Positions 30,964 to 40,505 of a DNA stretch of 64,000 nt are shown piece by piece (the stretch's first letter is position 1; each line of letters opens with the position of its first letter). The translations under genes and the position numbers were made by a program. The notes under the pieces were generated by a model. It made no database searches, was not told the DNA's origin, and saw only the letters and a list, made by a program, of their open reading frames with translations. The stretch covers positions 2,688,001 through 2,752,000 of the forward strand of contig CAVVPN010000003.1 of assembly GCA_963750165.1 (NCBI GenBank), given 5' to 3'. The stretch is from an uncultured Gemmataceae bacterium. GTDB lineage: Bacteria > Planctomycetota > Planctomycetia > Gemmatales > Gemmataceae.

Positions 30964-32193
30964 ATGGATTCCTCGATTACCTCCGGCGACGGCCCGGAAC
31001 TGCTGTACCTGGTCCACCGCTTCCCCTATCCACCCGACAAGGGGGACCGCATCCGGGCCTTCCAGTTGCTCCGCTACCTCTGCCGCCGTGCCCGCGTCCA
31101 CCTGGCCTGCCTGGCGGACGAGCCGGTGGACCCCGAGGCCCGCGCTACCCTGGAGCGCTTCTGCGTGCGCCTGGCGGTCCAGCCCACCGGCGGTGTGCTG
31201 CGCTGGGCGAATAGCCTTCACTCCCTGGCGACCGGCCGAACCGCCACCGAGGGCGCGTTCCGGTCGCGCGGCCTGGAGGCCACCTTGCTGGATTGGGCCC
31301 GGCAGACTCGCTTTCACACCGTGCTGACCTCCGCCTCCAGCATGGTGCCGTATCTCCGCCTGCCGGGGTTGCGCGACGTGCCCGCGGTCGTGGACCTGGT
31401 GGACGTGGACAGCCAGAAATGGCTCGACTACGCCGCCGCCGACCGGCCGCCGCGGTCCTGGCTCTACCGCCTGGAAGGCCAGCGCCTGCGCCACCTGGAA
31501 CAGGACTTGCCGGCCCAGGTCCGGGCGGTGGCACTGGTCACCCAGGCCGAGGCCGCCCTGTACGAGCAGTTCTGCGCTCCGGGCCGGGTGCAGGTCGTCG
31601 GTAACGGCGTGGACCTGGACTACTTCCAGCCCCAGGATGTGGCCGAGGAACGGCGCTGCGTCTTTGTGGGCGCGATGGACTATCGGCCCAACGTGGAAGG
31701 CGCGTGCTGGTTCGCCCACGAAGTCTGGCCGGCGCTCCACCACCGCCACCCGGACGCTCGCTTCGCCCTGGTGGGCCGCAGCCCCACGCCTGCCGTGCGG
31801 CGCCTGGCGGAGTTGCCCGGCGTCGAGGTGGTGGGCCCGGTCCCGGACGTGCGCCCCCACCTGGCCCGGGCGGCCGTTGCGGTCGTACCGTTGCACATCG
31901 CCCGCGGTTTGCAGAACAAGGTGCTGGAGGCACTGTCGATGGGCAAGGCGGTCGTGGTCTCGCCGCAGGCGATTCAGGGCCTCCAGACCCAGCCCGGCCG
32001 GCACCTGCTGACCGCCGCCTCCCCGCAGGAATGGCAGACGACCGTCGCGGACCTGTTCGACCAGCCTGAACGGCGGCGGCAACTCGGCGACGCGGGGCGG
32101 CGCTTTGTCCTGAACCACCATCACTGGGATCGCTGCCTGGAGCCGATGGCCGCGCTGCTCGGCCTGCCCACGACCGCGGCCGCGGCGGTGTAG
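30964..32193 (+). CDS. GT4 glycosyltransferase (TIGR03087-like), paralog 2
   Basis: HRFPYPPDKGDRIR, DVDSQKWLDYA, GAMDYRPNVEG, ARGLQNKVLEA. Confidence 0.9.
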   Translation: MDSSITSGDGPELLYLVHRFPYPPDKGDRIRAFQLLRYLCRRARVHLACLADEPVDPEARATLERFCVRLAVQPTGGVLRWANSLHSLATGRTATEGAFRSRGLEATLLDWARQTRFHTVLTSASSMVPYLRLPGLRDVPAVVDLVDVDSQKWLDYAAADRPPRSWLYRLEGQRLRHLEQDLPAQVRAVALVTQAEAALYEQFCAPGRVQVVGNGVDLDYFQPQDVAEERRCVFVGAMDYRPNVEGACWFAHEVWPALHHRHPDARFALVGRSPTPAVRRLAELPGVEVVGPVPDVRPHLARAAVAVVPLHIARGLQNKVLEALSMGKAVVVSPQAIQGLQTQPGRHLLTAASPQEWQTTVADLFDQPERRRQLGDAGRRFVLNHHHWDRCLEPMAALLGLPTTAAAAV

Positions 32194-32252
32194 CGCCGGC
32201 GTGCCCCTCCTGAGACTGGCACGGCCAGTCCTCGGCTGTCGCCGCCTGACCG

Positions 32253-32302
32253 AGCAAGGGGGCCAAGGAGGCCAAGGGGGCCAACTTTTTCATACGTCGA
32301 GA
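32253..32302. repeat. 50-bp dispersed repeat, copy 2
   Basis: 47/50 identical to 3754-3803, same orientation. Confidence 0.9.
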
Positions 32303-32419
32303 AGCGGCGCCCTTGCTGCACCGGCTCCGCGACGCTCCGCCGCAACTTGCCTGAACGCCCTGCCGACATTTGGTTTCGCTCCGCCTGTTGAACTGCGATT
32401 ACTGTCCCAACGGGTGACC

Positions 32420-33927
32420 ATGCGACTTCCCTTTCCATCACCAACGGCGGACCCACGGACGGACCCGCCTGTTGTCAGGGCAGCTTACTACTGGTGGGCG
32501 GCGCTGTGTCTGCTGACGCTGGCCATCTACGGCAATCTGCTCCCCCTGAACTTTCAACCGCGGCCGCTCGGCCAGGCTGTGGCCGCCGTGTGCCAGTTGA
32601 CGTTGATCGATCTCTGGGACGTGAACGCCCGCGGCGACTGGGTGCTCAGCACCGCCCTGTTCGCCGCCCTGGGCTTCACCCTGATGGCGGCGCGGTGCGT
32701 CAACCGCGACCGCCGCGCCGACCTCCGGGCCGCCCTGATCGTGCTGCCGTTCGGCCTGTTGCTGAGCGTGTTCATTGAATTCCTCCAGGTGTTCTTCCCG
32801 CCGCGCACCGTCTCGCTGAACGACGTGGTCGTGGAGGGAACCGGCATGCTCCTCGGTATCCTGGCGTGGGTCGGCGGCGGCCGGCGCTTCACGGAATGGG
32901 TGCGCCGGCTCGGCTCGGCCACGACGCTCGCCGACCTGGCCAGCCATCTGCTGCCCGCTTACCTGGCGCTGACGGTCCTCATCCAGCTGGTCCCGTTCGA
33001 CCTGGTGCTCAGCCCGCGCGAACTGGGCCTCAAGGCCGCCGAGGGCCGGTTGTACCTGGTGCCGCTGGTTTCGCTGACCAAGGAACGCGGGCTGGCGGGC
33101 ATGCTCATCAAGGTGCTGGCCACTCTGGCTGTCTATTTCCCGGTGGGCTTTCTGCGCAGCTGGCCTCGAAGAAGCGCGACTGGCGCGAGGCGCTGCTGCT
33201 GGCGCTGGTGTTCCCGGCCCTGGTCGAAGCTTGCCAGCTGTTCATCTTCTCGCGCTACTTCGACACCACGGACATCGTGATGGGCGCGTTGGCCGTGCTG
33301 CTGGGCTGGTGGTGCGGGCGGGCCTTCCGCACCTCGCTGGCGCAGGAGCCGGACCTGGGGGCCGCGGAGCCGCTGACCCGGCCGCGCTCCTGGCGCTCGT
33401 GGGCGCTGCTGTTCGGCCTCGGCCTGGCGTGGCTGGCGGGAGTGCTGTATTTCAACTGGGAGCCCTTCGACTTCACCACCACCCTGCCGCCGCACGCACC
33501 CCGCGGGCCCCAGCGCTTGTCCTGGCTGCCACTGGTGGAATACTACTGGGAGAGCAAGTACAACGCCCTGGATCAGTTCTTGAAAAAGATACTGTCGTTC
33601 TTGCCGCTGGGCGTCCTGGCGGCCTTCGCCTCGCGGCGGCTGTACTCCCGGCGGCCGGTGCGGCCCCTGCTCGTGGCGGCCTTCGGGGTGGCCGCGGTGA
33701 TCGAGGCAGGCCAGTATTTCCTGCCGCTGCGCTTCCTGAGCACGACGGACCTCCTGGTGGAGTGCGGCGGCGCCTGGCTCGGCTTCCTGTTGGCCCAGCA
33801 CATCCGGGCCGTCCTGTGGGCCGAGATGACGCTCTACGGTTTCTTGAACCAATTTAAAAAGCTCGGCACTCCGCCGGCCTCCCCGCCGGGTGACCGGCCC
33901 ATGTTGCGGTGCTATCCTCCCCTTTGA
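32420..33927 (+). CDS. Multi-VanZ-domain membrane protein; frameshift at ~33165
   Basis: IEFLQVFFPPRTVSLND, VEACQLFIFSRYFDTTD, IEAGQYFLPLRFLSTTD. Confidence 0.8.
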
Positions 33928-34028
33928 TGGTAATATGTTGGGGCTGTCATTTCGTAACCGTTCTTCCAGAAAGCGTTCCTCCGGGAACGATCGGTTTCTG
34001 GTTGCTACCTGGTCCGAAGGGTGAACTC

Positions 34029-35498
34029 ATGGAATTGACCGAGGGGACTCCCACCCCGGGTGTGGCGGGTAAACTGGCGAAGCCGGCAGCAGTCTTGTTT
34101 ACCTTATTCGGCGTGCTCTTCTGCGTGCAGTGGCTGCTGGGGACGCTGATCTTCCCGATGTACAAGGGTCGGCTCATCGGCTACGCACCGGTGCTCCTGG
34201 GAGCGCTGCTGGGGATGCTCCTGTGTAATGAGCGCGTGCGGGGTTCGCTCAACCGCAGGATCAACTCCCTGTCGCGTGGGCAGTTTCTGTTCTGGGTGAT
34301 TGCGCTGACACTGGGACTGCGGGCCCTGGCGATCCTGTTCTTCCCCGTCGAGCCGACGAACGATCACAGCTTTTTCCACCGCTACGCCATCCACATCCTG
34401 GAAGGGAAAGGGTATGGGGGCATCCGCTGGGGGAACTTGCAACAACACCTCGGACCGAAGAGTGACCTGCGGGCTTTCTTTCCCCCCGGGATGACGTTTC
34501 TCCTGGTGGGGGGGTACGCGGTGGCCGGCCCCAGCCCGCTGGCGGGGAAGGCGCTGGTGACCCTGTTGTCGGTCGCGCTGGCGGTGCTGGTCTACGATGT
34601 CGGTCGCCGCGGAGCCTCCGAGGCGGTGGGGCGCTGGGCCGCGTTGTTGACGGCCTGCTGCCCCACGCTGGTGTTCTACTCCGCCACTCTGGGCTACGAG
34701 ACGGCCCTGGCGGTGGTGCTGGCGGCGGTCACCGACCTGGCCTTGCTGGCGCCGGCGCGACCGCGTGCCTGGCACGTGGCGGCGGCGGGGCTGCTGCTCG
34801 GGGCGGGCGCGCTGCTCAAGCCGGTCTGCCTGTTCGTCCCTGGGCTGCTGCTGGTGTGGTGGCTGCTGGCTGGGGCCGGCTGGCGGGCGCCGCTGTATGC
34901 CGCGGCCTGCGCCGTCTGCATCGCGCTGGTCGTCGCCCCGTGGACCTGGCGCAACTACCTCGTCCTTGATGCGTTCGTCCCCATCTCCACCAACGGCGGC
35001 TACGTGCTCTGGTCCGCCAACAATCCTCTTTCCACAGGCATTCACATGGATGCGGAGCCCCTTGAGGGAGAGACGGACGAGGTGACGATGGACCGGATTC
35101 GGAGTCGGGCGGCGCGGGAGTGGATCGTTGCCAACCCCCTGGCCTTCGCACGCCTCGCCGCCATCAAATCCATGATTACCTGGGGCACTTCCAGTACGAT
35201 CATGTCCTACATCTCCAACGACCGGATGGTGGCGTGGCAGGAGGCGGCGAGCATGGCGGTCCTGAACGTGGCGTGGACGGCGCTGTTGGTGATTTGCCTG
35301 TTTGCTACCTGGCGCGGCGCCTGGGGCCACCCCGCATTCTTGATCCCCTGGCTCCTGCTTGCTTACTTCTTCGCCCTCCACCTGGTGTTTGAAGCCCACA
35401 GCCGTCACCAAATCCCCGTGGTGTGGATACTGCTGCTGCTGGCGGCCTGGGGGCTGGCCGGTCAGCGCCCGGCTGCGCGAACGTCAGTTCTGAACTGA
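34029..35498 (+). CDS. GT-C (ArnT/PMT, GT39-like) membrane glycosyltransferase
   Basis: FFPPG, APWTWRNY...ISTNGG, ~12 TM segments. Confidence 0.8.
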   Translation: MELTEGTPTPGVAGKLAKPAAVLFTLFGVLFCVQWLLGTLIFPMYKGRLIGYAPVLLGALLGMLLCNERVRGSLNRRINSLSRGQFLFWVIALTLGLRALAILFFPVEPTNDHSFFHRYAIHILEGKGYGGIRWGNLQQHLGPKSDLRAFFPPGMTFLLVGGYAVAGPSPLAGKALVTLLSVALAVLVYDVGRRGASEAVGRWAALLTACCPTLVFYSATLGYETALAVVLAAVTDLALLAPARPRAWHVAAAGLLLGAGALLKPVCLFVPGLLLVWWLLAGAGWRAPLYAAACAVCIALVVAPWTWRNYLVLDAFVPISTNGGYVLWSANNPLSTGIHMDAEPLEGETDEVTMDRIRSRAAREWIVANPLAFARLAAIKSMITWGTSSTIMSYISNDRMVAWQEAASMAVLNVAWTALLVICLFATWRGAWGHPAFLIPWLLLAYFFALHLVFEAHSRHQIPVVWILLLLAAWGLAGQRPAARTSVLN

Positions 35499-35592
35499 TC
35501 TTCACGCCCGGAGAGAATGGAAGGCGAAAACCCTGTCGCACGGCTCGTGCTGTCCCACTGTCTCTCCATGCCCTCGTCTGTAATCATGGCAC

Positions 35593-35622
35593 AGTGTAAA
35601 CCTGTCTCACGAGGTTTACACT
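35593..35622. promoter_or_regulatory. Palindromic operator containing a TGT-N12-ACA box
   Basis: AGTGTAAACCT-N8-AGGTTTACACT; box TGTCTCACGAGGTTTACA 35603-35620. Confidence 0.65.
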
Positions 35623-35735
35623 CCACCGCACTGAACCCGGAGCAAAACCAACTTGCCCAATTGTCTAGTTTGCAAGTCAATGTCATTATATAGTTTACTG
35701 CGAACGTTCGTGTGCGGTGCCGATTGCAATTCACG

Positions 35736-35751
35736 TGGCATCGGCTTTGCT
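35736..35751 (+). promoter_or_regulatory. sigma54-type promoter for the wzm operon
   Basis: TGGCATCGGCTTTGCT (GG-N10-GC, near consensus). Confidence 0.78.
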
Positions 35752-35887
35752 TCAGTAAAATTCGTCCCAGGCACCAGCAAAAGCTTGGCGGTTTCCCGGA
35801 TCGTGTTGACTCTGGCTCGAACCTCCTGTGATCGTCAAGGGTACCGCAACCCCGAGCGCTTCCATACCACCCGACCAGACTTGTTTC

Positions 35888-36865
35888 ATGAGTATGAACT
35901 TGACAACGCACCAGAACAGAACGCCCGCCGGCGTTGCTTGCAACCCTTCGCCAACCAGGGTCGTGGAGCAGAAGTCTGAGGGCGAGCCTGGCTGCGCCGA
36001 GCCGGAGAACGCGCACACAATGCGAGGAGCGGCCGCCGTGCCGCTGCCCGTGACGGTCATCGAGCGCGTGCCCGGCTGGCGCTTTGTGAACTTCGTCGAT
36101 CTGTGGCGTTACCGCGAACTGATGGTCTTCCTGACCTGGCGCGACATCAAGGTCCGCTACAAGCAGACCGTGCTCGGCGCCGCCTGGGCGTTGTTGCAGC
36201 CGCTGGCCACGATGGTGGTGTTCAGTGTCTCGTTCGGTCAGTTGGCTGGAGGCGGGACCGCGGAGGTGCCATACCCGCTGTTCGTCTTCGCCGGCCTGCT
36301 GCCCTGGTTCCTGTTCGCCAACTCGGTCAGTTCCGCCAGTCAGAGCGTGGTGGGCAACCAGAATTTGGTCACCAAGGTGTTTTTCCCGCGCCTGATCATT
36401 CCGGTCAGCGCCGCCGGGGCGGCGCTGGTGGACTTCGCCATCGGCTGCGGCCTGCTGGCGGCGCTCATGGCCTGGTACGGTGCTGTGCCCGGGTGGGCGC
36501 TCCTGCTGACGCCGCTGCTGGCGCTGGCACTGCTGCTGGCGGCGCTGGGAGTTGGCATCCTGCTGTCGGCCCTGACGGTGGCCTACCGCGACTTCCGCTA
36601 CGTCCTCGGCTTCCTGGTGCAGTTGTGGCTGTTCGCCACCCCGACGGTGTTTCTGGACGCGGACCAGGTGGTGGGGCCGCGCGGGCAGTGGTTGCTGCCG
36701 CTCAACCCGGCGCACGGCCTGATTAGCAACTTCCGCCGGGCGCTGCTGGGCCAGGAACTGGACCTGTATGCGCTGGCCGTCTCCGGGGCCGTCGGCCTGG
36801 CGCTGCTGCTGGTCGGGTGCCTGTATTTCCGGCGGGTGGAGAAGTCGTTCGCGGACATCATTTGA
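35888..36865 (+). CDS. wzm: Polysaccharide ABC transporter permease (start uncertain)
   Basis: RDIKVRYKQTVLGAAW, LVTKVFFPR, YRDFRY. Confidence 0.9.
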   Translation: MSMNLTTHQNRTPAGVACNPSPTRVVEQKSEGEPGCAEPENAHTMRGAAAVPLPVTVIERVPGWRFVNFVDLWRYRELMVFLTWRDIKVRYKQTVLGAAWALLQPLATMVVFSVSFGQLAGGGTAEVPYPLFVFAGLLPWFLFANSVSSASQSVVGNQNLVTKVFFPRLIIPVSAAGAALVDFAIGCGLLAALMAWYGAVPGWALLLTPLLALALLLAALGVGILLSALTVAYRDFRYVLGFLVQLWLFATPTVFLDADQVVGPRGQWLLPLNPAHGLISNFRRALLGQELDLYALAVSGAVGLALLLVGCLYFRRVEKSFADII

Positions 36866-36887
36866 CCCACGGAGCCGGCGCGGACCG

Positions 36888-38240
36888 ATGAAAGGCCTCC
36901 TGTTCACTTACCTGATGACCTACGGCGGCGGCCTGATGTCGCTGTTCAACCCCTACTGGGGGTTTTTGATCTATGTTTGCTTCGCGATCATCAAGCCGGA
37001 GTCGCTGTGGCACTGGTCGGTGCCGCAGGGCAATTACAGCCGCATCATCGCCATCGCCCTCCTGCTGGGTTGGTCGATGAAGGGGTTCGGCAGCTGGCGC
37101 CTCGGCAAGGCGGGGCCGATGGTGGCGTGCCTGATCGGCTTCTTGCTGTGGATGGCGCTGTCCACGGCCCGCACGCCGATCGGCGTGCCCGCCTGGCCCA
37201 TGGTCGAGAGCCTCGCCAAGGTCATCCTGCCGGTGATCGTGGGCCTGACGCTCATCGACTCGGTGGTGAAGGTGCAGCAACTCGCCTGGGTCATTCTGCT
37301 GAGCCAGGCGTACGTCGCCCTGGAGTTTAACCTGGCGTATTTCGGCGGCTTCAACGCCCTACAGGCCATTGGCTTCGGCGGCATGGACAATAACTGCGTG
37401 GCCATCGCCCTGGTCACGGCCACCGGCTTCGCGTTCTTCCTGGGCCTGTACGCCAAGAAGCACTGGCACAGGGCTTTGGCCTTCGGCTCCGCGCTCGTTA
37501 TGACCCACGCGGTCATGTTCTCGTTCTCCCGCGGTGGCGTGCTCGGGCTGATCGTCACGGGAGGCGTCTCCTTCCTGCTGATCCCCAAGAAGCCCGTGTA
37601 CTACCTGTTCCTGGTCGTGGCGATCCTGATCGGCATCCGCATGGCCGGCCCCGAGGTGCAGAAGCGCTTCTCGACGACCTTCGCCAGCCGAGAGAAACGC
37701 GACGGGTCCGCCCAGCACCGGATCGAATTCTGGGGCTACTGTGTGAAATTCATGCAGAAGGAGCCGCTCCTGGGCATCGGCACGGCCCAGTTCCCCGATG
37801 CGATCGTCCGGGACGGGTGGCATAACAAGTCCGAAGCCCACAACCTGTGGCTGCAACTGGGGGCGGAGAACGGCCTGCCCTGCCTGCTGATGCTGGCGCT
37901 GTTCTACCTGATCTGCATGTTCCATTGCTGGAGGTTGCTCCGCAGCCGCGACCCGACATTGTCCCCCGAACTCAAGCAGCTGGCGACCATGGTCTTCGCT
38001 TCCCTGGTGGGGTTCCTGGTCACGACGCAGTTCGTCAGCCTGGTCGGTCTGGAACTCGGCTACTTCGTGACGCTGGTCGGGGCCGGGGTCATCCGGCTGA
38101 GTGGTGACCCGCAACAGCGGCTGGCGCAGGAGGCCGAGTTCGAGGACGATGAGGACGCTTACGACTGGGAAGCCGAGGAACACGAGGCCCCTGCCGATCT
38201 CGCTCCGGAGGGACAGGCCGCGCGGGCGCCTGTCGGATGA
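36888..38240 (+). CDS. O-antigen ligase/Wzy-like membrane protein
   Basis: DNNCVA, SFSRGGVLG, PLLGIG, EAHNLWLQLGAENG; acidic C-terminal tail. Confidence 0.85.
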   Translation: MKGLLFTYLMTYGGGLMSLFNPYWGFLIYVCFAIIKPESLWHWSVPQGNYSRIIAIALLLGWSMKGFGSWRLGKAGPMVACLIGFLLWMALSTARTPIGVPAWPMVESLAKVILPVIVGLTLIDSVVKVQQLAWVILLSQAYVALEFNLAYFGGFNALQAIGFGGMDNNCVAIALVTATGFAFFLGLYAKKHWHRALAFGSALVMTHAVMFSFSRGGVLGLIVTGGVSFLLIPKKPVYYLFLVVAILIGIRMAGPEVQKRFSTTFASREKRDGSAQHRIEFWGYCVKFMQKEPLLGIGTAQFPDAIVRDGWHNKSEAHNLWLQLGAENGLPCLLMLALFYLICMFHCWRLLRSRDPTLSPELKQLATMVFASLVGFLVTTQFVSLVGLELGYFVTLVGAGVIRLSGDPQQRLAQEAEFEDDEDAYDWEAEEHEAPADLAPEGQAARAPVG

Positions 38241-38281
38241 CGTATTTCCTTCCGTCACTGTAACCGAGACGACCCACGAAC

Positions 38282-39613
38282 ATGACCGCCGCCATTAGCA
38301 TCGACCGGTTGTCCAAGCTCTACCGTTTGGGCCAACGCCAGGGCGAGTACCGCACGCTCCGAGAATCCCTGATGCAGGCCGGGGCCGGGGTCTATCGCCG
38401 GTTGCGCCGGCTCGCCCGCGCGGTCGCCGCCCCCGGCTGGGCCGACGAGGCAGCGGCGCCGGCCGGGTCGTACTGGGCACTGAAAGACATCTCCTGTGAA
38501 ATCGCCGCCGGCCAGGTCGTTGGCGTCATCGGCCGCAATGGCGCGGGCAAGTCCACTCTGCTGAAGATCCTGAGCCGCATCACCGAGCCGACCTCCGGCC
38601 GCTGCCAGCTGCACGGTCGCGTCGGTAGTCTGCTGGAAGTGGGCACCGGCTTCCACCCGGAGCTGACGGGACGGGAGAACATCTACCTGAACGGGGCCAT
38701 TCTTGGCATGACGCGCCGGGAAATTACCCGGAAGTTTGATGAGATTGTGGCTTTCGCCGAGGTGGACCGCTTCCTCGACACCCCGGTCAAACGCTACTCC
38801 AGTGGCATGTACGTGCGCCTGGCCTTCGCGGTCGCCGCCCACATGGAATCGGAGATCCTGCTGGTGGATGAAGTGCTGGCCGTGGGCGACGCCGCCTTCC
38901 AGAGCAAGTGCCTGGGGAAAATGGGCGAGGTCAGCAAATCCGGCCGCACCGTACTGTTCGTCAGCCACAACATGGGGACGGTCCTCAGCCTTTGTGAGCG
39001 GGCCCTGGTGCTGGACCGCGGCCAGTTGAGTTACATCGGGCCGGTGGCGCAGGCGGTGGAATATTACATGAGTAGTTCCAATACGCTCATGACCGGCGAA
39101 GGGGATCTGAGCAATCATCCGAACCGGACGCCGGGGTCGCAACGCATCTTTCGAGGGTTCCGCCTCCTCAACGGCTCCCGGAAGGCGACCGATCAGTTTA
39201 TCTGCGGGTCGCCGCTCACCGTGGAGTTGACGATCGAAGTGGAGGAGCCCAGGACGGACCTCCATGTTGGAATTGTGGTGGAAGACGCCGTCGGGTGCCG
39301 GCTGTTCACCGTGGGGACCTACCTGACCGACTCCGTCCCGGTCCTGAACGGGAAGCGTCATCGGGTTCTGTGTCATCTGGACGACCTGCCGCTGGCTCCG
39401 GGCCGATATTTTCTGTCGTTGAACGCAGGACCGTTCCACCACCAGGCGGCCACGGACGTGCTGGAGCAAGTCATTGCGTTTGAAGTCATCGCCGCCGATT
39501 ACTACGGCGGGGGCAAACTGCCCCACCCGAATCGGGGCCGTTTCCTGATGCGTTCCCGCTGGGAGGCGGCGGAACTTTCTGTCGAAGATGCAGTCGAATC
39601 CATGAGCCGGTGA
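38282..39613 (+). CDS. wzt: Polysaccharide ABC transporter ATPase with Wzt C-terminal domain
   Basis: GRNGAGKST, YSSGM, LLVDEVLAVGD; C-terminal Ig-like extension. Confidence 0.93.
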   Translation: MTAAISIDRLSKLYRLGQRQGEYRTLRESLMQAGAGVYRRLRRLARAVAAPGWADEAAAPAGSYWALKDISCEIAAGQVVGVIGRNGAGKSTLLKILSRITEPTSGRCQLHGRVGSLLEVGTGFHPELTGRENIYLNGAILGMTRREITRKFDEIVAFAEVDRFLDTPVKRYSSGMYVRLAFAVAAHMESEILLVDEVLAVGDAAFQSKCLGKMGEVSKSGRTVLFVSHNMGTVLSLCERALVLDRGQLSYIGPVAQAVEYYMSSSNTLMTGEGDLSNHPNRTPGSQRIFRGFRLLNGSRKATDQFICGSPLTVELTIEVEEPRTDLHVGIVVEDAVGCRLFTVGTYLTDSVPVLNGKRHRVLCHLDDLPLAPGRYFLSLNAGPFHHQAATDVLEQVIAFEVIAADYYGGGKLPHPNRGRFLMRSRWEAAELSVEDAVESMSR

Positions 39614-39653
39614 GCCCGGGGCCATTACTCAAGGGAAAGGTGACAGCGAAACC

Positions 39654-40433
39654 ATGTTCGCGATGCGTGATCCGTTGACCTCGGAGACCCCGGCGACCGG
39701 CCCCAGTTTGCCCGAGTGGGAGCGGCTTCAGGGGATGTGCAATCTGGTGGCGCGCGATTTCACCCTGGAAATCGCCGTGCGGCTGTCCCTGTTTGTCCCC
39801 GGACACATTGTCGAGTTCGGGGTTTACCAGGGGCAATCCACCATGGCCATCCGCCGCGCCCTCGACAAATGGTCGCGGGCGTACCCGCGCGGCCTGGCGC
39901 CGCGCAAACGCATTTTCGCCTGCGACTCCTTCCAGGGGTTGCCGGAGAAATACGAAAAACTCCAGGAAGGGGCCTTCGCCTGTGCGGTGCCGGACCTCCC
40001 CGGCGTGGACATCGTCAAGGGGTACTTTCAGGACAGCCTGACGCCCGAACTGGCGCGCGAAGTCGGCGCTGTCTCGTTCGCCCACCTCGACGCGGACCTC
40101 TACTCCTCCACGACCTGCGCCTTGACCTGGCTCACCCCGCTGCTGCACACGGGCAGCCTGCTATTGTTCGATGAGTTTCTCGGCGAACAGGAGTCGGAAA
40201 AGCGGGCCCTGGAAGACTGGTCGCGCAAGACCGGGTTGCAGTGCCTGCCGGTGGCGGAATTCCTGCGCCCTCCCAGCGGTCACGGCGACCGGCTCGACAA
40301 GCGGGCGCTCTATCAGGTGCTCGGGCCGGAACCAGGGTTGCCGGGCGGGGCCGAGTGGCGTCCCGAACCGCTTTCCTTCAGGGAACGCTGCGGCAACGCC
40401 TGCCGTCGAATTGCGTCCTGGTTCAAACGGTAA
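39654..40433 (+). CDS. TylF/MycF-type sugar O-methyltransferase
   Basis: VEFGVYQG, DSFQGLP, HLDADLYSS, FDE. Confidence 0.85.
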   Translation: MFAMRDPLTSETPATGPSLPEWERLQGMCNLVARDFTLEIAVRLSLFVPGHIVEFGVYQGQSTMAIRRALDKWSRAYPRGLAPRKRIFACDSFQGLPEKYEKLQEGAFACAVPDLPGVDIVKGYFQDSLTPELAREVGAVSFAHLDADLYSSTTCALTWLTPLLHTGSLLLFDEFLGEQESEKRALEDWSRKTGLQCLPVAEFLRPPSGHGDRLDKRALYQVLGPEPGLPGGAEWRPEPLSFRERCGNACRRIASWFKR

Positions 40434-40505
40434 CGCTGATTTCAGCCTGGCTCGCGCAGCCCAGGGGCGCGCGGATTCTTAACTCAGCGAGTGAGAGGAC
40501 AACAG

